Positions 20,485-30,164 of a stretch of DNA of 64,000 bases are shown here, piece by piece. Numbering within the stretch: position 1 is the first letter of the stretch; the number at the start of each line of letters is the position of its first letter. The notes beneath the pieces were generated by a model. That model saw only the letters and a list, made by a program, of their open reading frames with translations. It was not told the DNA's origin and made no database searches. The DNA comes from an uncultured delta proteobacterium. Its GTDB lineage: Bacteria > Desulfobacterota > RBG-13-43-22. The stretch spans positions 1 to 64,000 of the forward strand of contig CAWJJC010000020.1 in assembly GCA_963843145.1 (NCBI GenBank), given 5' to 3'. The position numbers were made by a program, and so were the translations under genes.

Positions 20485-20774
20485 ATGGTTGATAACGATA
20501 CTACTCCGATTCGATGTCCCCACTGCGAGTCCGAGGCTATCTATCGCGATGGCAAGACCTGGAACAAGAAACAGCGTTACTTCCGCCGGGCCTGCAGCCG
20601 GCAATTCCTCCCCGATCCGGAAAGGGTATCGATGAAAAAGAAACCGACCTGCCCGGCATGCGGCCGGCCCATGACGTTTATCGCCGTTATCCCCGGGTGA
20701 TCCGGTTCCGTTGTTCCGGCTATCCCGACTGCCGCCACTATCTCAAAATGTCTCTCAAAGGAGGAATGTGTACA
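20485..20774 (+). CDS. Double zinc-ribbon protein (InsA-like plus topoisomerase C4-like; frameshift near 20672)
   Basis: CPHCES..YRDGK...QRY..AC; CPACGRPM; RCSGYPDC; second part runs in frame into the HMA2 gene. Confidence 0.55.
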
Positions 20775-21146
20775 ATGAGCTACTACGTCCATCAAGTTCC
20801 TGGCCGACTGCGTATCAAATCGCCCTCGATTAAGAATAACCAGACGGAAGCGGTGGTGGTGGAAAATCTTTTGAAGGATATGGAAGGTATTAAATCCACC
20901 TCGGTCAGTACCTTGACCGGCAGCGTGGTTGTAAACGATGACTCTCGGATGGTCAGCGATCAAATGATCATCTCCCGATTGACCGACCTGGGACATTTTA
21001 AGCCGGCCCAGGCCAAAACCAACGACGAATATATCCAGGGGGCCTTTTCCACTGCCGGAGAGATCGTCTGGAAGGCCTTCTTCGGCTCCTTTGTCGATGT
21101 CGCCCTGGCCGGCACGCCGATATCCTTTGTCTCCGTTTTGATGTAG
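20775..21146 (+). CDS. HMA2-domain protein
   Basis: RBS GGAGG; MSYYVHQVPGRLRIK, TLTGSVVV, hydrophobic C-terminus. Confidence 0.75.
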   Translation: MSYYVHQVPGRLRIKSPSIKNNQTEAVVVENLLKDMEGIKSTSVSTLTGSVVVNDDSRMVSDQMIISRLTDLGHFKPAQAKTNDEYIQGAFSTAGEIVWKAFFGSFVDVALAGTPISFVSVLM

Positions 21147-21211
21147 CCTTCCACCCAAGCTCTTTTCTTGTCTCGACCCTCCTTCATGCCCCGGTATCCG
21201 GGGCATCTTTT

Positions 21212-21523
21212 TTAAGGGGACCCTTCCAGATCTTGTTCAAACGGCCCTTCTTCGCCGGACTGTCTTTTTTTCTTAAAATAATTATTGGACTTGGGTCTCC
21301 CGGCCTTGGCAGACGCCCAGTGGTAAAATACCGGCAAAGGCGGTGATCCAGCCAATTCCTTGATAATCCTGTTCACATCCCGGTCCGATTCTTTCCCGGC
21401 GTTGACCTTCAAAATCTGCGGGCAATCACGGCAAACCTCATAACTCAAATGCGATAGGGCCCTTTCCTGTCGCTTCCGGCAGGTGCCGACCTTCATCGTG
21501 GCTTTTAGTCTTTTACAAAACAT
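21212..21523 (-). CDS. Cys-rich hypothetical protein
   Basis: RBS GAGG; FCKRL..TC..RQ...CRDC; upstream TTCAT-n6-GTAAC-n10-TAAATT (21562-21593). Confidence 0.55.
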   Translation of the reverse strand: MFCKRLKATMKVGTCRKRQERALSHLSYEVCRDCPQILKVNAGKESDRDVNRIIKELAGSPPLPVFYHWASAKAGRPKSNNYFKKKRQSGEEGPFEQDLEGSP

Positions 21524-21650
21524 GGGTGCCTCACCTTCCTGAAATTGATTAATCTGATTCGAATTTATCCGGGAAGCGTTACAGGAATATGAAGGTCTGG
21601 TTTTTTTAAGGCTTCATTGGCGATATGATCGCAAAAAGTTTCCCCGGGCT

Positions 21651-21749
21651 GTCATTGCGAGGAGTGACGCGACGAAGCAATCCCCAATAATTGGCTCGTT
21701 GCCAAGGTGGCGCTTGCTTCCCCCGGATCGAGTCCGGGGTCGTCATGAC
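21651..21749. repeat. REP/RPE-like palindrome GTCATTGCGAG...GCAATC...CATGAC
   Basis: Half copies at about 24351-24399 and 28094-28127. Confidence 0.65.
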
Positions 21750-21955
21750 GGTTTCTTCGCCTTTCTACGAAACTACCATTTATTATTTCAATCAGGAGGA
21801 CATTTGCTGGCCTAATCAGACCAAAACCGGTGAGTAGATAATGGTTTGTTAACCCAAACGTCATCCTAGCCGGCGTCTCCCGTTTCGGGCTCGGCCAACT
21901 CTTCAGAAAGCTTATCGAAAATTGAATTCCCCTTCTGGGGATCATTTCCTTCCGT

Positions 21956-22009
21956 GTAATTGAATTTTTATCAGCCGGTCATCCTCCCGTTACATTCCTC
22001 CGGTATGGT
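21956..22009 (+). promoter_or_regulatory. Pho-box-like promoter upstream of the metallophosphoesterase
   Basis: GTAAT-n6-TTTAT-n6-GTCAT-n6-GTTAC-n10-TATGGT; nearly identical to 24874-24927. Confidence 0.75.
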
Positions 22010-22244
22010 ACTCCCAATCGTTCGGGTCACCAGGGTGATCCAGACTTTATCCCCTCGGCTTTAAAAATATCTTCTCAAAACAAAACGATCCGCAGGGAAG
22101 CGTGAAGGAGGTGAGGCTTTTCGCGAAACGACACCCCACGGGTAAGACAGGTTTTCCTGTCCAAGGACACTAAATTGTTTACGAGAACGTTTAGTAGAAC
22201 AGACAACATCCTAAAATTTAAAAGAAATTTGAAAGGAAAATAAG

Positions 22245-24126
22245 ATGAAAAGAATACTTTGTTCCAAAACATTGTTGGCCCTGCTGTTCGCGATTATCAT
22301 CGCGGTAGGGTCGACATCCGCAGAAGCGGGCTCATTACAAAAAATTACAGCGGGATCGGCTTCCGGAGAACCCTGGAGTTTCGGTGTCATCTCGGACACT
22401 CAGTGGACCATAGCAGACGACGGCAAGAATCCGAATACCTGCGCCGCCGACATCATCAAGCAGGTGGATCAGCAGTTCATCGCCCAAGGCGTTAAACTCG
22501 TCGTTCACGTCGGCGACATGGTGGACTCGGGCAGCCAGATCAATGACTACACCCGGGCGCTCTACGCCCAGGACCTTTACAATGCGGGCATCGGCTTTTA
22601 CCCCCTGCGCGGCAACCACGAGGCCGCCAACGGAACCTACTTGGACTCCGGCACGGATTATATACATGCCTACCCGCAGATCGTCCCCGGGCCCCACGCC
22701 GGTGTGAATAATAGCACCCCGGGCGATATCACCACGGCCCTCATCCCTTCCGCCGACCTGGACCCCATCACTGGCAATCCACCGGCGGACAAGACCAAAC
22801 AAAAAACGTTCAAGGTGGGCAGCAACTTCTCCGCACCCGACAGCGTCAACGCTTACACCGGCGGCGTCTCCTACGCCTTCGACTATAAAAACGTGACCTT
22901 CATGCTGCTCGACCAGTTTAAATCTCCCGACTACTATACCAGCTACATCCCCGATCAGCAGCCGTGGATCGAAAGCACCCTCTCCGGCCGTCCGGCCAAC
23001 ACCCACGCCTTCGCCTTTACCCACAAGAACATCCTGGGCGGCAACCACAAGGACAATATGTTCGGGGGAAACGCTACCAGACGATCCCGGTGACGGCTAT
23101 GGGCTTGACCCCAGCACGGTGATTACCAACACCCCAGGCCTTACTGTTGGTGGCAAGCAGGCGGCCATGAACACCTTCCTTGACTCGATGCAGGCCAATA
23201 ACGTCAAGTACGTGATCTCCGGCCACGATCACCACCATTACAATTCCGTGGTTACGAGCCCCGATGGACTGAGCAAGGTTCATCAGCTCATCACCCAGTC
23301 CGACAGCTCTAAGTTCTACACCCCGGGTACACCCGTTTCAGCCAACGACGTGCCGGTTGAGCAGGACCTTGCCCGGATTGGCTATTACATCTTCACCGTG
23401 GACGGTCCCCGTGTGACCATCGACTACTATGCCGACGACCACGGCAACTGGCAGTCGGACGCGAAATTTCCCAATTACAACTTAGACCTCGTCAACTTCC
23501 CCCTCGGGACTACCCCTGCCCTCCACTTTGTCAAGCGGTCCACCACAGGCTACAGCTTGAATGGTAAAGAAAACCTTGTTGCCCAAGGCGCCTCCTACGC
23601 CATGACCGACGACACCACCGTTGCCGCCCATATGGAACGCGGGTTTGTCGGCACCTCCATGGCCATCCTCGACGGCACGAATGGCAGCACCGCCACGACC
23701 AACTACGGGAAGGTGAACGAAAAAGCTGTCAATACCGGGTGGGCTCCTAAGAATTACGGGACGCGGAGGAAATGTGATGATCCCGAAAGCGACATTCTGA
23801 CCCTCTGGGGCATGGCCGACCTCGGCACCGAGCAGACCGATACCTTTGTCCTCTCCATGAGCTACGATCATCATCGCTTGCTCCCGGTTCAATTCGGACA
23901 CGGCTTGTTAGGCCTGGCCACCCCGGATGAAAAAGGCAACTGGGTTAACGCCGTGGATATGAATTTTGGTGACGGCAGCGTCAAAAAATTTGTCCTCGGC
24001 CCTTATAACTCGAGCTATGGTCTCGGCACCTATGGTATCGACCTGAAAAAGCACACGGCCTGGGCGGTCATTAACTACGATGGCGATTTCGCCGTAGCCG
24101 GCTTTAGACACTTCGGGAAAAGATAA
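22245..24126 (+). CDS. Secreted calcineurin-like metallophosphoesterase (frameshift near 23075)
   Basis: Signal peptide; SDTQW, VGDMVD, RGNHE, THK, SGHDH. Confidence 0.85.
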
Positions 24127-24224
24127 CCCGGGAGAACGGATTGACAGAGAGTTTGTCGATCGGTACGGCCCTTGGTAGAAAGGGTCTCTAAATTGTAGAA
24201 ATAGCCTTCAGAGGCTCTAAAACG

Positions 24225-24254
24225 AGGAAACCCGCGAGACCCGCGGGTTTCCTC
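24225..24254. terminator. Hairpin, probable terminator
   Basis: GAGGAAACCCGCG-AGAC-CCGCGGGTTTCCTC. Confidence 0.5.
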
Positions 24255-24453
24255 AATTAAATACAAGCGGAAGAACCTGCCTCAGCCATTCGTCCTTTCC
24301 ATAACTTTTGACTTTCCTGGACATAGAATGTAATATTCAACGGAAATAAAGGCAATCCCGCGCAGGGGATTGCTATGTCGATTTACTCCTCGCAATGACC
24401 GGTTTTGCGGGGTCATCAATGCGCCCAGAGAGGTTGAGAAAGGGAGGTTTGAT

Positions 24454-24804
24454 ATGATCAATCAATGGCTGGCTGAAGTAAAGAAAAAAGCGGACCCCAA
24501 GGGCCTGGGGATGATCCTGGTCCATAATGGGATCGTTCGGGCTACCTCTAAACAGGGCCATCCGGTGCGTGGGATGAACCTTTCCTATGATGAGGAGAAG
24601 CTCAAAACCGTCGTCTCCGAACAAAAAAAGAAAGACGGCATCTTGGATATCAAGGTTTGGATCAACCGGGGAGACCTGAAGGTGGGGGACGACATCATGC
24701 TGCTCCTGGTCGCCGGGCGATTCCGGATGGACGTGCTCCCGGTTTTTGAATCGCTGCTATTTGCCATCAAACAGGAAATCGTCAGTGAGCGGGAGATTGC
24801 CTGA
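24454..24804 (+). CDS. moaE: MoaE-family protein
   Basis: GMILVHNGIVR, GDLKVGDDIM..VAGRFR; RBS GGGAGG. Confidence 0.85.
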   Translation: MINQWLAEVKKKADPKGLGMILVHNGIVRATSKQGHPVRGMNLSYDEEKLKTVVSEQKKKDGILDIKVWINRGDLKVGDDIMLLLVAGRFRMDVLPVFESLLFAIKQEIVSEREIA

Positions 24805-24873
24805 GATTAGGGCTTGACCACCCTTTCAGCCAACGGGCCTTTCCCCAACCGGGCCAATCGTTTAACCACCCGT

Positions 24874-24927
24874 GTAATCGAATTTTTATTTGCCGGTCAT
24901 CCTCCCGCCACATTCTTCCTCTATAGT
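24874..24927 (+). promoter_or_regulatory. Pho-box-like promoter (duplicate of 21956-22009)
   Basis: GTAAT-n6-TTTAT-n6-GTCAT-n6-GCCAC-n10-TATAGT. Confidence 0.75.
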
Positions 24928-24987
24928 ATTCGCAAAACTCCGGGTAACCGCATCTCAATAAACCATAAACCTCAGGAGAGTAGGAAG

Positions 24988-25191
24988 ATGGAAAAGAAAC
25001 TTCTTGATTTAAGAAGGTATGGTATGGTCTTTTGCCCTCGTTGTTACGGCCAAGGCTATATAGAAGACCCGAGGCTTCAATGTTGTCCGGTGTGCCAAGG
25101 GTTTGGGTTGATCAAGAACTCCGTGCCTGCCGGTCCCCAAAGTCCCATCGCTTCCAGCGAGGCTTGTGTTCCCAGAAATTCCTTGGGATAA
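24988..25191 (+). CDS. Small DnaJ-type zinc-finger protein (67 aa)
   Basis: CPRCYGQG and CPVCQGFG; RBS AGGAG. Confidence 0.6.
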   Translation: MEKKLLDLRRYGMVFCPRCYGQGYIEDPRLQCCPVCQGFGLIKNSVPAGPQSPIASSEACVPRNSLG

Positions 25192-25201
25192 GGGTTCCAG
25201 C

Positions 25202-25489
25202 TTATTTGGCTTGCGATTCCTCGCCGGGTACCCGTCCCAGATCTACGTCTCTCTTAATATAGGCCTCAAAATCCTTTTCGACCGGGGCGTATCGTTCCTC
25301 CATTAACGGCGACGACATGATAAAATCAGCGCTGGCCCGGTTACAGGCGATCGGCACGTTGTAAAGGACCGCGATCCGCAACAAGGCCTTCACGTCCACG
25401 TCGTGGGGATGCGGTTGCATGGGGTCCCATAAAAATATGACCAGATCGATTAGCCCATCTGTAATCATGGCGCCTAATTGCTGATCGCC
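25202..25489 (-). pseudogene. mgsA: Methylglyoxal synthase, C-terminal part
   Basis: GDQQLGA, FLWDPMQPHPHDVDVKALLR, ACNRASADF. Confidence 0.9.
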
Positions 25490-25560
25490 GCTGCTTGGCA
25501 GCACAATCCGTTAAGAGATAAGTTCAGGCTATCCGAACACATTAAAGAGGAGGATAGCCG

Positions 25561-25927
25561 ATGAACGATCCTGCAATAGAAAATACCCCGACCTTAGAAT
25601 CCGTTCAAGAGCAGTTTGAAGCCTGGCGCCTCAGCCGAACCAAGCGGGAACCGATTCCCGAGACACTATGGGAAGCGGCGGTCCAAATTATGCCTGGTTC
25701 ACCCCCGGACTCACGTTTGCCGGATTTTACGACTTTCCTTCCCGGATCTTAAAAGGCGTCTTTCCACCGCCCAGACGACCCCCGTCCGCTTCACGGAACT
25801 TGATTTAAGCTGCTTTACCGGACCCTGGCAGATCGAGTGCGAGCGACCCGACGGGGCCCGGTTCCGGTTTTCAGGCCAGGGGCAGCCCCCGGCCCTGGAA
25901 CCGTTACTGCGGGAATTCTGGTCATGA
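25561..25927 (+). CDS. IS66 accessory TnpA-like protein (frameshift near 25685)
   Basis: FEAWRLSR..REPIPETLWEAAV; IECERPDGARFR. Confidence 0.7.
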
Positions 25928-26316
25928 TCCAACTCACTCCCCAGATGCGCCTGCTGGTGGCCGCGGAGCCAGTGGACTTTCGGAAAGGCATCGATGGGCT
26001 GTGCGCCGTGTGCCGGCAGCAACTGGATCAGGATCCCTTTTCCGGCACGCTGTTTGTCTTCGTGAACCGGTCCCGCCAGGCGATCCGTCTGCTGGGCTAC
26101 GATGGCCAAGGCTACTGGCTTTGCCACAAGCGGCTGTCCCGGGGACGGTTCGTCTGGAACTTTCAGCGGACCGAAGGGCGGGTCCGGGAACTGGCGGTCC
26201 GACAGCTTCAGCTGCTTTTGTGGAACGCCGATCCCTTAAAGCTATCCGCCGCCGAAGACTTCCGCCGGCTTCCAAAAAAAATGAACGGGCCTGAAAAAAG
26301 TACTGGCCACGGGTAA
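25924..26316 (+). CDS. tnpB: IS66 accessory protein TnpB
   Basis: PVDFRKGIDGL, DPFSGTLFVFVNR, YDGQGYWLCHKRLSRGRF. Confidence 0.92.
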   Translation: MIQLTPQMRLLVAAEPVDFRKGIDGLCAVCRQQLDQDPFSGTLFVFVNRSRQAIRLLGYDGQGYWLCHKRLSRGRFVWNFQRTEGRVRELAVRQLQLLLWNADPLKLSAAEDFRRLPKKMNGPEKSTGHG

Positions 26317-26364
26317 AAATATCTGCTATAGGATCTGCAACGCTTCCTTAGAAAGGAGACCGCT

Positions 26365-27213
26365 TTGCAGATCTGTGGTCGAGCCTTCAGTGAGACGGAC
26401 CTCTCTTGGATTCGGGATCAGGTTAAAAACCGGCCTGATCTGAACCGGGTGCAATTATCCCGTCTGTTTTGTCTTCAGAGCGGCTGGTTCAAACTGGACG
26501 GCGGCTTCAAGGAGATGAGCTGCCGGGTGGCGCTGCTGCGTTTGGAGCGTGCGGGGCTGATCCGGCTGCCGGCGCCCAAGAATAAAATGGCCCCCGTCGG
26601 AAAGGTTCTGCGGACCCCCCAGGGAGAACCCCAGACCGGTATTGAACTCGACACCGGCCGAGTTGAACTGGCCCTTTCGCCGGTGGAGCGTGCGACCTCC
26701 CCCCTCTGGAACGAACTCATCGACCGCTACCATTATCTGGGCTATTGCCGTACGGGCGGCGCCCAGATGCGCTTCTTTGTCCGGGCCTCCGGCCGGTTGG
26801 TCGCCTTGTTGGGTTTTTCCGCCGCCGCCTGGCGGGTGGCTCCCCGAGAGGCCTTTATCGGCTGGACCGATCCAAAGCGCCAACAACAACTCCACCGGGT
26901 GGTGGATAACAGCCGCTTTTTAATCCTGCCCTGGGTCCGAGGCCAGAACCTGGCCTCCCGGATCTTGGGCCTGGCAGCCCGTAAACTGGCCGATTATTGG
27001 CAACAGCGCTACCGGTATCGGCCGGTCTTGTTGGAAACCTTTGTGGAAAAAAACCGGTTTACCGGCACCTGTTACCGGGCGGCCAACTGGATCTGTGTGG
27101 GCCAGACCCTGGGCCGGGGCAAGTGGGACCGAACCAATGCCCATGATCAGCCGGTCAAGACCATCTGGCTCTACCCCCTGCACCGCCGGTTCCGGGAGGT
27201 CTTATGCGGGTAA
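26365..27213 (+). CDS. DUF4338 / DruA-like protein
   Basis: YHYLGY, FIGW, DNSRFLILPWV..NLASRIL, LLETFV, GTCYRAANW..VG.T.GRG; RBS AGGAG. Confidence 0.85.
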   Translation: MQICGRAFSETDLSWIRDQVKNRPDLNRVQLSRLFCLQSGWFKLDGGFKEMSCRVALLRLERAGLIRLPAPKNKMAPVGKVLRTPQGEPQTGIELDTGRVELALSPVERATSPLWNELIDRYHYLGYCRTGGAQMRFFVRASGRLVALLGFSAAAWRVAPREAFIGWTDPKRQQQLHRVVDNSRFLILPWVRGQNLASRILGLAARKLADYWQQRYRYRPVLLETFVEKNRFTGTCYRAANWICVGQTLGRGKWDRTNAHDQPVKTIWLYPLHRRFREVLCG

Positions 27214-27749
27214 AACGCAAGACCAAGAGAACCCCTTTAACGGCCCTGCAGGAACGGATCAAAAAACGCCAACTGGCGGAAGAAGACTGGGCCGTACTGG
27301 AAGGCTTAACGGTTACGGTGGAGCGTCTCAGCCTGGCCCTGGAGGAAAAAGACGCCTCCCTGGGCAAGCTGGCCAAATACCTGCTGGGGGCGCCGACGGA
27401 AACCCAGCATAATGTGCTGGGCAAGGAACGTCCACCGACCCCGAAAGAACCGGAAGCCAAGCCTAAAAACAAAGGGCATGGCCGCAACGGGGCGGCGACC
27501 TATACCGGCGGCGCCCGAGTCACCCTGGACCATCCCAGCTTGAAAGCGGAGGACCATTGTCCCGGCTGCGAACAGGGGAAACTCTACGAACTGGCTCAAC
27601 CGGCCGTCTTCGTCCAGGTGATCGGCGATGCGCCGCTGAAGGCCACGGTCTATGAACGGACCCGCTTGCGCTGCAATCTCTGCGGCGAAGTTTTTACTCC
27701 CGAGTTGCCGCCCGAGGTCGGGGAGCAGAAGTATACCGATTCGGCCACG
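27204..27749 (+). pseudogene. tnpC: IS66 transposase TnpC, 5' fragment
   Basis: LLGAPTE, KGHGRNGA, CPGC, LRCNLCGEVFT; ends before the catalytic core. Confidence 0.8.
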
Positions 27750-27964
27750 GCCACCAAAGGTCCTGATTTCAACCTCACTATCTGATAATCCACTTCTTCG
27801 TCGCCCAATTTCGACTGGAGCGCCTCCTCGATCAACCTCCCCGTCGTTCCGGTGCAGACCAGCTTGTGTTTGACCAAGGACCGGTAATTGTATTCAAACC
27901 ATTCGATCAAATCCTTCTTACGGTTATCGTGCGCCACCAGCGCGATATTTTTGTTCTTCTCCAT
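27750..27964 (-). pseudogene. mgsA: Methylglyoxal synthase, N-terminal part
   Basis: IALVAHDNRK, CTGTTG, LKSGPL. Confidence 0.9.
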
Positions 27965-28301
27965 GCGATCTCCTTCGTTGTACGCCTTTCGGCAAAACCA
28001 TCAGGGATGATGCCATGCCTCAGTTAAGATAACCAGGCCCCGTTACCGTTTGAAGGCGGATTTCAAGCGGTTTGATATAAAAACGACCTATGGGGGATTG
28101 CTTTGTCGCTTCTCTCCTCGCCATGACAGACTGGGGGATTTTTTTGAGAGGTATCCGGTTTTAAGGAGAGGGGGAATCTTTATTCAGCAGGACCCTTTCC
28201 CGTATATATTCTTTATTGGTAATATATACTTTACAATAAATCCACTTGACTTGGATAATTCCTGTAATTATATCCATTTTGAACGATTTAAGGAGAAACC
28301 G

Positions 28302-28648
28302 ATGGAGCGTTTCCTCAAGGTCATGAAGTCCCTTTCCGATCCCAATCGGGTGAAGATCCTCAAGATGCTGGAACAGCGAAACCTCTGCGTCTGTGAGCTC
28401 CAGGCGGCCCTCGGCCTGGCGCAACCGACCGTTTCTAAGCACCTGAAGACGCTGGAGGAGGCCGGATTGGTAACTTTTTTCAAGGAGGGCCTGTGGGCAA
28501 TTACCGGTTGACGGAAGGCCGGGACAGCCCTTATGCCGCTACCCTGCTGGGGATCCTGAGGCACTGGCTGACCGATGACCCGGAAATCGCCGATTTGGTG
28601 AAGAAGCGCCTCCCTTTTATTCATCGAGAAGAGGTTTGTAAAAAATAG
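28302..28648 (+). CDS. ArsR/SmtB-family regulator (frameshift near 28500)
   Basis: KSLSDPNRVKIL, LCVCEL, QPTVSKHLK. Confidence 0.88.
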
Positions 28649-28666
28649 AACCTCAAAAGGAGATCA

Positions 28667-30028
28667 ATGATGAGACTGCTGATCATTGGCGGGAGCGATG
28701 CCGGGATAAGCGCGGCTATCCGAGCCCGGGAAATGGATCCATCTATTTCAGTCGTGGTAGTACTCCGCGATGCCTATCCCAACTACAGCATTTGCGGCAT
28801 CCCTTTCTTTATCAGTGGCGAAACGGCCGATTGGACGAATCTGGCCCACCGGTCTCTGGGGGAGCTAGAGGAAACCGGTATCGAAATTAGAAGCAACACC
28901 CATGCCCTGCGACTGAACCCGGAATCCAAAGAAGTACTCGTAGGCAATTCGTCCGGTCGTTCGGAATCGATGAAATACGATCGATTGATCTTGGCTACCG
29001 GCGCCCAACCCGTCGTCCCTTCCCTGGAAGGATTGAGTCAACCCGGAGTTTTCCAAATCCGCTGGATGGAGGACGCCCTGGCCCTGGCCCGCTTTATTGA
29101 CCAAAGAAAGCCCCGTCGGGCGGCCATTGTCGGCGCGGGGTATATCGGTCTCGAAATGGCCGATGCCTTGACCAAGTTGGGGATTGAAGTTAACCTGATC
29201 CAACGTTCCTCGCAGGTCCTGAAAACACTGGCCCCGGAGTTAGGTGAAGCGGTCAAGAGTGAATTGGAGCGGCACGGGGTTCGTGTTTTGACCGGTCGAC
29301 CCCCGGAAAGCATTCAGAGAAACGGCGATACATTGCGGGTTCTAGGACCGGAGGGCTTGGCTGTGGAAGCGGACCTGGTGTTGGTGGTGACAGGCGTCCG
29401 GCCGCAAGCCGCCCTGGCAGTGGATGCCGGAATCGCTACCGGAATCCAAAACGCCATAAAGGTTAACCGCCGGATGCAGACCAGCCTGACGGATGTCTTT
29501 GCCGCCGGAGATTGCGTCGAAACCTGGCATCGTCTTTTGGAGACCTTTGTTTATCTGCCCCTGGGTACGACTGCCTACAAACAGGGACGGGTAGCCGGTG
29601 AGAACGCCGCGGGGGGGCAAGCGGTCTTTGCCGGGAGTCTGGGGACCCAGGTCGTCAAGATATTTGATCTGGTGGCCGCCCGGACCGGTCTCTTGCACCA
29701 GGAGGCCCTGGAGGCCGGGTTCCAACCGCTTTCAATAAAAAAAGAGCTCTGGGACCACAAGGCCTATTATCCCGGTGCCAAAAAATTGATCGTCCATCTG
29801 ACCGGGGACCAGGAAAGCGGACGATTACTGGGGGCCCAAATTTTGGGGCCTTATGGGGCCGAGATTTCAAAACGGATCGATATCCTGGCCGCAGGGCTCT
29901 ATGCCGGCCTAAACGTCCAGGATCTGCCGGAGATGGATCTCAGTTATACGCCGCCCCTCTCAAGCCCCTGGGATCCGGTCCAAATGGCCGCCTTGTCCTG
30001 GCTGGATGAGAAGGCTATAATACAATAA
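28667..30028 (+). CDS. CoA-disulfide reductase / NADH oxidase-like flavoprotein
   Basis: GGSDAG, YSICGIP, GAGYIGLE, AAGDC, DLSYTPP. Confidence 0.88.
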   Translation: MMRLLIIGGSDAGISAAIRAREMDPSISVVVVLRDAYPNYSICGIPFFISGETADWTNLAHRSLGELEETGIEIRSNTHALRLNPESKEVLVGNSSGRSESMKYDRLILATGAQPVVPSLEGLSQPGVFQIRWMEDALALARFIDQRKPRRAAIVGAGYIGLEMADALTKLGIEVNLIQRSSQVLKTLAPELGEAVKSELERHGVRVLTGRPPESIQRNGDTLRVLGPEGLAVEADLVLVVTGVRPQAALAVDAGIATGIQNAIKVNRRMQTSLTDVFAAGDCVETWHRLLETFVYLPLGTTAYKQGRVAGENAAGGQAVFAGSLGTQVVKIFDLVAARTGLLHQEALEAGFQPLSIKKELWDHKAYYPGAKKLIVHLTGDQESGRLLGAQILGPYGAEISKRIDILAAGLYAGLNVQDLPEMDLSYTPPLSSPWDPVQMAALSWLDEKAIIQ

Positions 30029-30164
30029 AAGATGTTCGTAGGCAGGTAATGAATTAAATAGATGGCATTTTCCTTTTAAGGGCTTATGATTTATCAATAG
30101 GATAAAAATCCTTCCTTACCCCTCCCAAGCAGGCCTTAAACAGAAACTCGAAGATAAACCAGCC

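Larger units (their letters stand above)
25490..27749 (+). mobile_element. Truncated IS66-like element interrupting mgsA
   Basis: tnpA-like, tnpB, DUF4338 and 5' tnpC; GCC at both junctions (25487-25489, 27750-27752); no canonical ends seen. Confidence 0.8.

Noticed and set aside
20485-20774. IS1 element
   Set aside because: No InsB catalytic domain or terminal inverted repeats
25924-26316. RNA-guided TnpB nuclease
   Set aside because: This is the unrelated small IS66 accessory TnpB with no RuvC domain
26365-27213. Complete Druantia defence system
   Set aside because: No DruE helicase or other dru genes; context is a transposon
30030-30164. yybP-ykoY manganese riboswitch ahead of the MntP/YtaF gene
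   Set aside because: I could not find the conserved aptamer elements by eye
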